Below, piece by piece: positions 45,217 through 54,437 of a stretch of 54,437 bases of DNA. The DNA comes from Erysipelothrix sp. (GTDB lineage Bacteria > Bacillota_I > Bacilli_A > Erysipelotrichales > Erysipelotrichaceae): contig JAAZEF010000014.1 of NCBI GenBank assembly GCA_012512455.1, positions 1-54,437 on the forward strand, read 5' to 3'. The notes beneath the pieces were generated by a model. The model saw nothing but the letters and a program-made list of their open reading frames with translations. It made no database searches and was not told where the DNA came from. Position numbers and translations under genes: made by a program. Position 1 is the first letter of the stretch. Every line of letters begins with the position of its first letter.

Positions 45217-46551
45217 ATGAAATATTTTGGTACAGACGGTTTTCGCGGTAAAGCCAACGAATCTCTAACAGCTTATCAGGCATTTAAGGTAGGTGCCTCA
45301 TTAGGTTATTGGTTAAAACAACAAAACAAAAATGTCACTGTCTTGGTAGCCAAAGATACTAGACTATCTTCCAGTATGTTTGAAGCTGCTATCAGTGCAG
45401 GCTTAAGTGGCTATGGCTGTGATGTAGAGTTGTTAGGTGTATGTCCAACCCCAATGTTAGCTTTTGCGATAAAAAATACAGAGGCTCAAGCAGGAATTAT
45501 GATTACTGCTAGCCACAACCCTTATCATGATAATGGTATTAAACTCTTTAATGATTTGGGTGAAAAGATGTCTGCCGATGTAGAACAACATATTGAAAGA
45601 CATCTTGAAGGAAGAACAGAACTTATCTTGCCTGCACACCATGAAATAGGGACTATTCAACCTGCAGAGCATGTTTTTGAAGATTACTTTGAGCACCTCA
45701 AAAAGACAATATCGACTGATTTAAGTGGCTATAAAGTTGTACTTGATTGTGCCAATGGTGCGACAGTTACAACAGCACAAAGAGTCTTTGAATTATTAAA
45801 TGCTCAAGTGATTATGATGCACAATGAGCCAGATGGACTTAATATTAATGTAGATTGTGGTTCAACTCATCCTGAGTCTTTAATTGAAAGAGTCTTAGAA
45901 GAAAAGGCCGATATGGGTTTTGCGTTTGATGGTGATGGTGATCGTTGTATAGGTGTAGATAATCAGGGTCACATTATTGATGGCGATAAAACACTATTTG
46001 TTAGTGGTAACTTTATGCGCTCCCAAGGTCGTTTGAATAATGATTTAATTGTGACGACAGTCATGGCAAATTTAGGTTTGTTTAGAAAGTTTGAAGAACT
46101 TAATATATTAACAGAAGTAACACCGGTAGGTGATAAATATGTCTATGAAGCCATGTTAGAAAAAGATGGTATATTGGGTGGAGAACAATCAGGTCATATC
46201 ATTTATAGAGAACATTCCTCTACCGGTGATGGTGTATTGACGGCCTTAAAGTTAGCTGAAGCTGTCGTTGTGACAGGGCAGTCTTTACATGATTTAGCAA
46301 AAGATTTAGTGATTTATCCACAGACACTTGTCAATGTTCGAGTTAAAGATAAAGAGAGCGCTTTAAGTGATGTTGATGTACGAAAGAAAATGTCAGAGAT
46401 AGATCATCGTCTAGGTAAGACTGGTCGCTTGTTGGTACGTCCTTCAGGTACAGAACCACTTATTAGAGTGATGGTTGAGGCAGAGAGTCAACAGGTCTGT
46501 GATGACTTTGTCTTAGAAGTTGTTCAAGTGATTAAAAATAAACAGTTGTAA
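45217..46551 (+). CDS. glmM: Phosphoglucosamine mutase
   Basis: TASHNPYHDNGIK phosphoserine loop, FDGDGDRC Mg loop, GEQSGH. Confidence 0.95.
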   Translation: MKYFGTDGFRGKANESLTAYQAFKVGASLGYWLKQQNKNVTVLVAKDTRLSSSMFEAAISAGLSGYGCDVELLGVCPTPMLAFAIKNTEAQAGIMITASHNPYHDNGIKLFNDLGEKMSADVEQHIERHLEGRTELILPAHHEIGTIQPAEHVFEDYFEHLKKTISTDLSGYKVVLDCANGATVTTAQRVFELLNAQVIMMHNEPDGLNINVDCGSTHPESLIERVLEEKADMGFAFDGDGDRCIGVDNQGHIIDGDKTLFVSGNFMRSQGRLNNDLIVTTVMANLGLFRKFEELNILTEVTPVGDKYVYEAMLEKDGILGGEQSGHIIYREHSSTGDGVLTALKLAEAVVVTGQSLHDLAKDLVIYPQTLVNVRVKDKESALSDVDVRKKMSEIDHRLGKTGRLLVRPSGTEPLIRVMVEAESQQVCDDFVLEVVQVIKNKQL

Positions 46552-46563
46552 AGGAGGTAACAT

Positions 46564-47223
46564 ATGAAGCAGGTCATCAATGTAGTTGAAGATGAAAAAG
46601 ATTTGAATGAAGTGGTTCGTTCTTATCTAGAGAAAGAAGGCTATGAAGTTCGTTCTTACTATTCTTATGAAGAAGCATCCGCTCATCTTGATGATGATGA
46701 TGTGCATCTATGGATACTAGATATCATGCTAGGTGAGAATTCTGGTTTTGATTTAATTGATCAGATTAAACAGAAATCACCAAGTACGCCGGTCATTTTC
46801 ATGTCAGCTCGTGATAAAGATTTTGATAAAATCATTGGATTAGAAAAAGGTTCAGATGATTATATTGCGAAGCCTTTTTATACCAAAGAGTTGGTTTTAA
46901 GAGTTAATAATATTATGCGTCGAGTGTATCAAACAGGAGTCAATCGCTTGAGTGTCGATGGATATGAAATTGATGAGAATCAAAGAAAAGTATATTTTAA
47001 TGATCAAGAGATTGATTTAACGACCAAAGAATTTGATTTATTGTTGTTGTTTGCGAAGCGACAAGGGATTGCCTTTGATCGTGAATACATTTTAAATGAG
47101 GTGTGGGGCGAAGACTACTTTGGATCAGATCGTGTGTTCGATGATACATTGCGTCGTCTTAGAAAGAAGATGTCTGATTTAAATATTCATACCATTTATG
47201 GATATGGGTATCGTTTAGGTTAA
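46564..47223 (+). CDS. OmpR/PhoB-family response regulator
   Basis: Receiver domain (LWILDIMLG, SARD, KPF) plus a winged-helix output domain. AAGGAGG SD present. Confidence 0.9.
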   Translation: MKQVINVVEDEKDLNEVVRSYLEKEGYEVRSYYSYEEASAHLDDDDVHLWILDIMLGENSGFDLIDQIKQKSPSTPVIFMSARDKDFDKIIGLEKGSDDYIAKPFYTKELVLRVNNIMRRVYQTGVNRLSVDGYEIDENQRKVYFNDQEIDLTTKEFDLLLLFAKRQGIAFDREYILNEVWGEDYFGSDRVFDDTLRRLRKKMSDLNIHTIYGYGYRLG

Positions 47224-47226
47224 ATA

Positions 47227-48585
47227 ATGATTAAAAGAATAAAAAGCTATTTAATACAGCTCAATCTTACGGAACAATTTATTAGCTTAATTGCGGTGAT
47301 CATGTTAGCGATGACTATTTTAATCACCGTTTTTTTGAATAGCCAAGTAAATAATTTTGTAGACATGCAGATGTATGAAGTGATTGAGCGTTCACAAAAT
47401 AGTGTCATGCATCGCTATGTCACGAGTAGTGGAAATAATCCAGAGATATTTGGCTATAGTGATCCTAGTATTAGTCATTTCATTATGGATTCAAATCAAG
47501 AAGTCTTTAGTAATGTAAGTGGAGAAATTAATCCCTTATTGATTGAGTATTTAAGAAATAAAGGCTTGTCTCAAAATGTAACTTCTCAAAATTATAAACT
47601 ACCGACTCATTTAGGGAGTGAACTCTTTACTGTTACAAAAATAAATGAAGAGACATTTGTGGTAACGACCATTAGCGCAACATATCAAAATGAGTTTAAG
47701 AATGTCTTATCGAGAACGGTCTTTTATATTTTATTAGTTATTTTATTAGTCAATATCAGTATTATTCTATTATGGGTATTTTCTATTATTATTCCACTGC
47801 GTAAAATTCGTATCTATATTGATCAAGTGGGTCACAAGAATCGTAAACCTTTAGATGTTAATCGAAATGATGAGATAGGCGAGGTGGCTAATGCGTTAGT
47901 GGCAATGGAGAAAGAGATTGCCCAGCAGGAACAAGCTAAAGTAGAAATGATTCATAATATATCTCATGATTTAAAAACGCCAATTACAACGATTAAATCG
48001 TATGCGGAAAGTATCCGTGATGGCATTTATCCATATGATACCTTAGAAAAATCGATTGATGTTATTATTGAGAATGCGGATCGTTTGGAACGTAAGGCTC
48101 ATTCATTACTACTATTGAATCGAATGGACTATTTTGAAGATGAAGCGATTGATGCCTTTAGTGTAAAAATGATGGATATTGTGTCTAAGGTTATCTTATC
48201 AGTAAAGGTTATTCGTCCAGAAATTGAAATGATTACAAATGTGGAAGATGTCACCTTTAATGGTAGTGAGGAACAATGGCGAGTTTGTATTGAGAACTTA
48301 TTGGATAATGCTCTAAGGTATGCGGAATCTAAGATTGTGATCACTGTCAATGAACAAGGTTTGTTTGTCTTCAATGATGGTAAGCATCTTGATGATGATC
48401 GCTTAAGTAAACTATTTAAGCCTTATGAAAAGGGTACTGGTGGCAACTTTGGTTTAGGTTTATCGATTGTTTATCGGATTGCTCAAAGAATTGGTTTTGA
48501 GGCAAAGGCTAAAAATGTAGATAATGGCGTTCTCTTTTCTATTGAGAAAGAGATTGTTGAAAAGAAAAAGAAGAAATCGCGTTAG
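47227..48585 (+). CDS. Sensor histidine kinase with extracytoplasmic loop and HAMP domain
   Basis: H-box HNISHDLKTPIT, N-box LLDNALRYA, G-box FGLGLSIV. Confidence 0.85.
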   Translation: MIKRIKSYLIQLNLTEQFISLIAVIMLAMTILITVFLNSQVNNFVDMQMYEVIERSQNSVMHRYVTSSGNNPEIFGYSDPSISHFIMDSNQEVFSNVSGEINPLLIEYLRNKGLSQNVTSQNYKLPTHLGSELFTVTKINEETFVVTTISATYQNEFKNVLSRTVFYILLVILLVNISIILLWVFSIIIPLRKIRIYIDQVGHKNRKPLDVNRNDEIGEVANALVAMEKEIAQQEQAKVEMIHNISHDLKTPITTIKSYAESIRDGIYPYDTLEKSIDVIIENADRLERKAHSLLLLNRMDYFEDEAIDAFSVKMMDIVSKVILSVKVIRPEIEMITNVEDVTFNGSEEQWRVCIENLLDNALRYAESKIVITVNEQGLFVFNDGKHLDDDRLSKLFKPYEKGTGGNFGLGLSIVYRIAQRIGFEAKAKNVDNGVLFSIEKEIVEKKKKKSR

Positions 48586-49493
48586 ATTTCTTCTTTCTCT
48601 AATATAGTAGATCCTGCAGAGAGTAGAGTTGTTAAGTCTTGAATCTCGGAAGGAATAATAAGTTTGGTAGCTTTACCGTCGGCTACTTTTTCTAATGCTT
48701 CAAGTGATCTAACTTTTAAGTATTCTGAAGTAGGTTGAGTTTCTTTAATTCTTTCAATACCATAGGCTTGAGCATCATAAACCAAGCGCATGGCTTTCGC
48801 TTTACCTTCAGCCTCAGCAATTGTCGCATCTCTTTTACCATCTGCTTCTAGAATCATTGATTCTTTTTGACCTTCAGAGACAAGGATAGCGGCGCGTTTT
48901 TCACCTTCAGCACGTAGGATAGCTTCACGACGTTCACGTTCTGCTCTCATTTGTTTTTCCATTGCTTCTTGGATGTCTTTAGGTGGTAAGATGTTTTTAA
49001 CTTCTACACGGCTTACACGAATTCCCCAAGGGTCAGTTGCTTCATCTAGTATCGAGCGCATGGTGGTATTGATAATGTCACGTGAGGTAAGAGTTTGGTC
49101 AAGTTCTAAGTCACCGATAATATTACGTAAAGTTGTAGCGGTAAGATTTTCGATGGCTGCGACTGGATTATGGATACCATAGGTATACAGTTTAGGATCT
49201 GTAATTGAATAATAAACGACTGTATCAATTAACATGGTGACGTTATCTTTGGTAATAACTGGTTGGGGTTCAAAGTCTCTAACAATTTCTTTAAGGGTTA
49301 CTCTTCCAGAAATACGATCGATGAATGGGAAGATAAAGTGCATCCCTTTTTCTAATGTACGATGGTAGGCCCCTAAGCGTTCGATGACATAGGCATCGGA
49401 TTGAGAAATAATACGGACTGAGTAAGTTACTATAGCGATAACAATTAAGATTAGGACGATGTAGATAAAAACACTAAATACATTTTCAAACAT
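48582..49493 (-). CDS. SPFH/band-7 (stomatin-like) membrane protein
   Basis: N-terminal TM segment, SPFH core, Ala/Glu-rich coiled coil REAILRAEGEKRAAIL. Stop overlaps the convergent kinase gene stop (4 nt). Confidence 0.9.
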   Translation of the reverse strand: MFENVFSVFIYIVLILIVIAIVTYSVRIISQSDAYVIERLGAYHRTLEKGMHFIFPFIDRISGRVTLKEIVRDFEPQPVITKDNVTMLIDTVVYYSITDPKLYTYGIHNPVAAIENLTATTLRNIIGDLELDQTLTSRDIINTTMRSILDEATDPWGIRVSRVEVKNILPPKDIQEAMEKQMRAERERREAILRAEGEKRAAILVSEGQKESMILEADGKRDATIAEAEGKAKAMRLVYDAQAYGIERIKETQPTSEYLKVRSLEALEKVADGKATKLIIPSEIQDLTTLLSAGSTILEKEEI

Positions 49494-49508
49494 TTTGATC
49501 TCCTTTTT

Positions 49509-49937
49509 TTAATCTATTGATTTAACAACTAGTTTAACGCCCTCGATTGAGACAACTTCTACTAAGGTATCTTTTTTAAGGGATTTGCGGTTGACTTCAA
49601 CAATACTCCACAGTGTGCTTCCAACATTCTGTTGGTACCATGTTGTTTTGTCGAGGTCTTTTTCGAGACGAAATTGTGTGCCAATCATGCGATCCATGTT
49701 GGTGCTGACAACTTCTCCTCGTAAATATTTTTGAGTTAGTGGACGGACAAAGAATAATGAAATGAGAGTCACTAGTGAGAATAGGACAATTTGAAGCTCC
49801 CAGCGAAGTCCGAAACGTTGGCCAATCCATGCGGCTAGGGCACCGAAACTAAACCAAACAAAGACTAAGTTACCGACTGTTAACAACTCGATAAGAATGG
49901 CTAAAACAAGTACGATAATCCAAATATAATCCATCAT
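49509..49937 (-). CDS. NfeD-family membrane protein
   Basis: 142 aa. Three TM segments plus a C-terminal OB-fold-like tail. Classic partner located upstream of the SPFH gene. Confidence 0.8.
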   Translation of the reverse strand: MMDYIWIIVLVLAILIELLTVGNLVFVWFSFGALAAWIGQRFGLRWELQIVLFSLVTLISLFFVRPLTQKYLRGEVVSTNMDRMIGTQFRLEKDLDKTTWYQQNVGSTLWSIVEVNRKSLKKDTLVEVVSIEGVKLVVKSID

Positions 49938-50320
49938 AGTGAAGACCGTCCTTTCATCATTGGTTCTTTAAGATTGATAATGAAAAGCTTTTTCTTTTCA
50001 TCAAAGTGTCCACTATATTTTATGCCGTCTAACTCTTTATCAATAAATTCACTGATATGATCACAGAGTGCCTTATTGGAGATACGAGTATACGTATTTC
50101 CATGGGAGAGTTTATGAATCTGTGATATGGTAAAGGTGTTACGTTCAAGTTCACTCTTTGTGACAGGGTGGATAGCAAGTTCAAACGAATCATAGTCTAT
50201 ACCAACCGTAACATATTTCACGTCACGAAAATGCTCAGAAGCATTTTGATTCAATGTTATATTGTTTGAATTCAAAGTAACAATTTGGGAATTTATATTT
50301 CCTTCAATCCATTGATACAT
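49934..50320 (-). CDS. Hypothetical protein, translationally coupled to nfeD
   Basis: Stop TGA overlaps the nfeD ATG (ATGA). ATG at 50320 (MYQWIEGN) is 8 nt after AAAGGA. No family recognised. Confidence 0.5.
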   Translation of the reverse strand: MYQWIEGNINSQIVTLNSNNITLNQNASEHFRDVKYVTVGIDYDSFELAIHPVTKSELERNTFTISQIHKLSHGNTYTRISNKALCDHISEFIDKELDGIKYSGHFDEKKKLFIINLKEPMMKGRSSL

Positions 50321-50405
50321 ATTGCACATCCTTTCTATTCAAATTATATCAGAAAATCACTTTATATTCAAGAAATTCTAAATATTCTTTTTTTAAGGAG
50401 GACTT

Positions 50406-51008
50406 ATGAACTGGGAACAATTTGCGATGAAAGTACAGGCTATATCTAAGATAGGGAAGCTATTTAGTGAAGATCCTTTTGCTGTTGAAAACTATGAGGA
50501 ATTGGAAACACTGAGTATTGAAATGTTAAATAAGAAGGTACTTAGTGATCCTATTGTTAGTAATGTGTATGAGCGTTCTATTTATCCGACCCCTAATGTT
50601 TCAGTAAGAACGATGGTGTTTAATGAATCGAATCAATTATTGATGGTTCAAGAAAAAGATGATGGAGGTTGGTCGTTGCCAGGAGGTTGGTGTGATGTGT
50701 ATGAGTCACCAACTGAGAGTGCGATAAAGGAAGTAAGACAGGAGTCTGGTTGTATTGTGCAGATTGATTCACTGTTGGGAGTGTTCTTTAGAGATAAGTA
50801 TAAAGCACAAATGAAATCACTTATTTCAGAGTATGTTATTTATTTTAAGGCGACATTAATTGGTGGCGAACTTAAGGCTAATCATGAGATTTTAGATGTA
50901 AATTTTTTTGATTTAGAAAACTTGCCAAATCTTTCTTTTAAGAATTCAAAAGAAGAGATTGAGAGGGCTCTGTTGGGTCTTGAGTCACCTCGCATACAAT
51001 TTGATTGA
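50406..51008 (+). CDS. NUDIX hydrolase with N-terminal Nudix_N_2-like extension
   Basis: Nudix box GGWCDVYESPTESAIKEVRQESG. AAGGAGG SD present. Confidence 0.85.
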   Translation: MNWEQFAMKVQAISKIGKLFSEDPFAVENYEELETLSIEMLNKKVLSDPIVSNVYERSIYPTPNVSVRTMVFNESNQLLMVQEKDDGGWSLPGGWCDVYESPTESAIKEVRQESGCIVQIDSLLGVFFRDKYKAQMKSLISEYVIYFKATLIGGELKANHEILDVNFFDLENLPNLSFKNSKEEIERALLGLESPRIQFD

Positions 51009-51049
51009 TAAGTCTGTTATAATTAAGACTGAATTTAGGAGGAAATTTT

Positions 51050-51760
51050 ATGAGTACACCACATATTAGTGCACAAAAGGGAGATATCGCGAAAGTTGTT
51101 TTAATGCCTGGTGATCCATTGCGTGCAAAGTTTATTGCGGAAACTTTTTTGGAGAATGTAAAACAAGTGAATGCAGTGAGAAACATGTTTGGATATACAG
51201 GGACTTATAAGGGTCATGAAGTGAGTGTCTTTGGTTCGGGTATGGGAATGCCTTCCATTGGTATTTACTCCTATGAGCTTTATACTCAATATGATGTAGA
51301 AACAATTATTCGTATTGGTTCGGCTGGATCATATGTTAAAGAGGCTAAGCTATTTGATGTTATTTTGGCCGATAGCGCATATTCAGAGTCAAGTTTTGCG
51401 AAGGTAGCTTTTGGTTTTGAGGAAGATGTGCTTCTTCCTAGCGAAAAATTAAATCAACGTTTAGTGAATAGCGCAAAGAAATTGGGTATCGATATTCATA
51501 TGGGAAGAATTCATTCTTCGGATGTTTTCTATCGTGAGAGTTTAGATCATACCAAGACTATTTTTGATGAACATCAAGCACTCTGTGTTGAGATGGAGTC
51601 ATTTGGATTGTTTGCGAATGCTAAGTTTTTAAATAAAGAAGCAGCATGTCTGTTAACAATCTCAGATTCGTTTGTTTCTAAGGAAGAAACGACACCTGAA
51701 CAAAGAGAAACATCGTTTACTCAGATGATGGAAATAGCCCTTAATAGTATTTTTGAGTAA
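51050..51760 (+). CDS. deoD: Purine nucleoside phosphorylase, DeoD-type
   Basis: MSTPHISAQKGDIAKVVLMPGDPLRAKFIAE, GSGMGMPS, VEMES motifs. Confidence 0.9.
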   Translation: MSTPHISAQKGDIAKVVLMPGDPLRAKFIAETFLENVKQVNAVRNMFGYTGTYKGHEVSVFGSGMGMPSIGIYSYELYTQYDVETIIRIGSAGSYVKEAKLFDVILADSAYSESSFAKVAFGFEEDVLLPSEKLNQRLVNSAKKLGIDIHMGRIHSSDVFYRESLDHTKTIFDEHQALCVEMESFGLFANAKFLNKEAACLLTISDSFVSKEETTPEQRETSFTQMMEIALNSIFE

Positions 51761-51766
51761 GAGAGG

Positions 51767-51819
51767 TTGACATAACTTCTCTTTTTTTATATACTAACAA
51801 TACCCCCCATAGGGGGATA
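51767..51819 (+). promoter_or_regulatory. csoR-copA promoter TTGACA-17-TATACT followed by a GC-rich CsoR-type inverted repeat
   Basis: ttgaca at 51767-51772 and tatact at 51790-51795. TACCCCCC-ATA-GGGGGATA at 51800-51819. Confidence 0.65.
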
Positions 51820-51830
51820 GGAGTGATAGA

Positions 51831-52103
51831 GTGAATAAGTTACAAAAAGATGGTCGTAAGTATTTAAAAATTGCTCAGGGTAATCTTGAAGCAGCACTTC
51901 AAATGCTGGATGATGATCGTTATTGTATTGATATATCGAATCAAATTCTTGCGACAGTGGCACTATTAAAGAAAGCGAATACTAATATTATTAAGAGTCA
52001 TATGGAACACTGTGTGATGGATGCTTTTAATAGTGATGATGCAGAATTGAAGAAAGAGAAAATTGATGAAGTTGAACTCTTGTTAAAGAAGGTGATGTCA
52101 TGA
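51831..52103 (+). CDS. csoR: CsoR/RcnR-family copper-sensing repressor
   Basis: 90 aa. C-x(n)-H-x3-C ligand pattern (RYCIDISNQ ... SHMEHC). GTG start after GGAG. Confidence 0.8.
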   Translation: MNKLQKDGRKYLKIAQGNLEAALQMLDDDRYCIDISNQILATVALLKKANTNIIKSHMEHCVMDAFNSDDAELKKEKIDEVELLLKKVMS

Positions 52104-54437
52104 AGAAAACTTTTGAAATCGAAGGAATGACCTGTTCTGCTTGTGAGGCATCTGTTGATAAGGCGATTAGCCAAGTTGATGGTGTTAAAGATGTTTCAGT
52201 TAATTTATTATTGAATCAAGCGACTGTGGAGATGGATGACAATCTATCGGCTGATGATATTGTGTTGGCTATTAATAATAGTGGCTATAAAGCTAGTGAG
52301 AAATCTGACTTAAAAGAAGTACAACTTGATGTAGATGGTATGACTTGTGCCATGTGTTCTACTGCTGTTGAGAAGGCGATTAATAATGCGCCTGGAGTTA
52401 GTGTGGGTCAGGTTAATTTATTGACTAATTCAGCAGCGATTACTTTTGATCCTGCTGTTATTAAGACTCAAGAGATTATTGAGGCGATTGAGAAGGTTGG
52501 TTATGGAGCGAAGGTTCATCAATCTTTTAAGGCTCATGATGAGGATGAGAGAAAACAAAAGGACAAAGTCTTTAAGAGAGAATTAATTGTTGGATTAATT
52601 TTTGGATTTCTAACACTTTATGTGGCGATGTCACAGATGATTCCTGGGGTTAAATTACCGTTGCCTGATTCAATTCATCCTGACTTAAATCCACTTAACT
52701 TTGCTTTTGCTCAGATCGTTCTAACTTTACCAGTTCTATATGTAGGGCGTAATTTCTTTACTCATGGCTTTAGGTCATTGTTTAGAGGTAGTCCGAATAT
52801 GGATTCATTGGTGGCGTTGGGTTCTAGCGCAGCGATTCTTTATTCGATTTATGCGACGATTCAAATTAGTAATGGTCATGCTCATTTTGCACATCATTTA
52901 TACTATGAATCAGCGGCTGTTATTATTGCTTTGATTAAATTAGGTAAATATATGGAACATCTTTCTAAGGGTAAGACGTCACAGGCGATTGAGGCTTTGC
53001 TTAATCTTAAGCCTAAGAGTGCGATCTTATGGAAAGATGGAGTAGAAATAGAGATTGATGCGGATGAAATTGCGATTGGTGATATCTTAATTGTGAAGCC
53101 AGGGGCATCAATTCCTGTGGATGGTGTTATTATTGAGGGTCAATCTGCGATAGATGAATCAATGTTGACTGGTGAGAGTTTGCCAGTTGATAAGAGTGTG
53201 GATGACTCTGTGGTCTTGGGGACTATTAATGCTTCGGGACATTTAAAGATTAAGGCGACCGCAGTCTTGGGTGATACGAAGCTGGCTCAGATTGTGAAGA
53301 TGGTTGAGGATGCCCAGTTACAGAAGGCTCCTATTTCTAAGATCGTGGATCGTATTTCTGGGGTCTTTGTACCGGTTGTTATTGTCTTGGCGATTCTTAC
53401 ATTAGTGTTCTGGTATTTTTATACAGGAGATATTGAACAAGCTCTTACTTTCTTTATTTCAGTATTAGTTATTGCTTGTCCTTGTGCCTTGGGTCTTGCG
53501 ACTCCGACTGCTATTATGGTGGGGACTGGTAAGGGTGCTGAGAATGGTATCTTTATTAAGTCTGCGGAGTCATTAGAGAATACTTCGCATGTGGATACAG
53601 TACTCTTTGATAAGACGGGTACTTTGACTCATGGTCAAATGGTTGTTACGGATATTATTGCACAGGATGAGACTTCGTTTTTAGCGATGTTGGCTTCTAT
53701 TGAGAAATATTCTGAGCATCCTTTGGCGAAAGCGATTGTGAATAAAGCACAAGAAGAGAACTTATCTTTAGAGCCTATTGATGATTTTGAGGCTGTTTCT
53801 GGCTTTGGTGTCATTGGTAAGTATCGCAATCAAGTTTTGAAGGTTGGTAATCAACGCTTTGTTGAGGGCCAAAATCACGACTTAGTAAAGCAAGCTGATG
53901 TGTTATCGAATCAGGGTAAAACAGCGATGTGGGCTAAACTTGGTGATGATATTGTTGGTTTGATTGCGGTGGCTGATACGATTAAAGAGGATGCTAAGGC
54001 GACTGTTGAAAAATTAAAGAGACAAGGTATTGAAGTTGTGATGTTAACGGGTGATAATGAGAAGACAGCGAGAGCGATTGCTGCTTTAGCTGGTATTGAT
54101 CATGTGATTGCTGAAGTGTTACCTGAAGATAAGGCGAACAAAGTTAAAGAATTGCAGGCGGATGATAAGTTTGTCATGATGGTGGGTGATGGGATTAATG
54201 ATTCTGTGGCCCTTGTTCAAGCGGATGTTGGTTTAGCGATTGCTAGTGGTACTGATGTTGCGATTGAATCGGCAGATATTGTCTTGATGAAAGATAATTT
54301 AATGGATGTAGAAAAAGCACTGAGATTATCTAAAGCGACGATGACAAACATAAAACAGAATTTATTTTGGGCATTCATATATAATGTAATTGGAATACCT
54401 TTTGCCATGGGAGTCTTTGAACTCTTTGGTGGACAAA
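52100..54437 (+). CDS. copA: Copper-translocating P1B-type ATPase with two N-terminal HMA domains (3' end outside window)
   Basis: Not in the ORF track because there is no stop in the window. ATG at 52100 overlaps the csoR stop (ATGA). Motifs GMTCSACE and [11 protein letters not shown] (IACPCALG near 53470), DKTGTLT (near 53610), [10 protein letters not shown]. Confidence 0.9.
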   Translation, partial: MKKTFEIEGMTCSACEASVDKAISQVDGVKDVSVNLLLNQATVEMDDNLSADDIVLAINNSGYKASEKSDLKEVQLDVDGMTCAMCSTAVEKAINNAPGVSVGQVNLLTNSAAITFDPAVIKTQEIIEAIEKVGYGAKVHQSFKAHDEDERKQKDKVFKRELIVGLIFGFLTLYVAMSQMIPGVKLPLPDSIHPDLNPLNFAFAQIVLTLPVLYVGRNFFTHGFRSLFRGSPNMDSLVALGSSAAILYSIYATIQISNGHAHFAHHLYYESAAVIIALIKLGKYMEHLSKGKTSQAIEALLNLKPKSAILWKDGVEIEIDADEIAIGDILIVKPGASIPVDGVIIEGQSAIDESMLTGESLPVDKSVDDSVVLGTINASGHLKIKATAVLGDTKLAQIVKMVEDAQLQKAPISKIVDRISGVFVPVVIVLAILTLVFWYFYTGDIEQALTFFISVLVIACPCALGLATPTAIMVGTGKGAENGIFIKSAESLENTSHVDTVLFDKTGTLTHGQMVVTDIIAQDETSFLAMLASIEKYSEHPLAKAIVNKAQEENLSLEPIDDFEAVSGFGVIGKYRNQVLKVGNQRFVEGQNHDLVKQADVLSNQGKTAMWAKLGDDIVGLIAVADTIKEDAKATVEKLKRQGIEVVMLTGDNEKTARAIAALAGIDHVIAEVLPEDKANKVKELQADDKFVMMVGDGINDSVALVQADVGLAIASGTDVAIESADIVLMKDNLMDVEKALRLSKATMTNIKQNLFWAFIYNVIGIPFAMGVFELFGGQ

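Noticed and set aside
46552-46563. Expected glmS gene or glmS ribozyme after glmM, as in many Bacilli.
   Set aside because: Neither is present. glmM is followed after 12 nt by a two-component system, so no ribozyme can be claimed.

Overview
This is an AT-rich, gene-dense chromosomal segment (roughly one-third G+C by eye, not computed). It looks like a low-GC Gram-positive (Bacillota-like) genome: standard code with UGA used as stop, GGAGG-type ribosome-binding sites, lipobox lipoproteins, and a cdaA-cdaR-glmM operon. I can support about 56 protein genes (two run off the window edges), five dispersed single tRNA genes, one riboswitch, several sigma-A-type promoters, operators and intrinsic terminators, and two candidate small-RNA or leader units.

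Content is dominated by metal and redox homeostasis: tpx, a Mn-riboswitch-controlled P-type ATPase, mntR, dps with a Fur-type box, msrB, zur-znuACB and csoR-copA. Also present are glycerol catabolism (a GlpA-like trio plus glpK), c-di-AMP and cell-wall precursor genes, two two-component systems, a MarR-linked heterodimeric ABC exporter, and several lipoproteins of unknown function.

I saw no rRNA, CRISPR array, transposase, integrase, phage gene or recognisable defence gene, so I cannot honestly claim a new multi-gene system. The best leads are mostly non-coding or regulatory:
- an orphan promoter-to-terminator unit with three CU-rich anti-Shine-Dalgarno motifs (16594-16748);
- a second orphan unit upstream of a 3D-domain wall protein (28854-29014);
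- a G7 tract inside a lipoprotein promoter spacer (6756-6784);
- five singleton G34/C34 tRNA genes, two of which share a homologous trailer;
- a minimal 226-aa CCA-enzyme-like nucleotidyltransferase;
- a terminator/antiterminator leader on a uracil permease gene;
- a Cys-less nitrilase-fold protein coupled to a zinc-ribbon membrane protein.

Several six-frame ORF starts are N-terminally over-extended and are corrected in the feature list.
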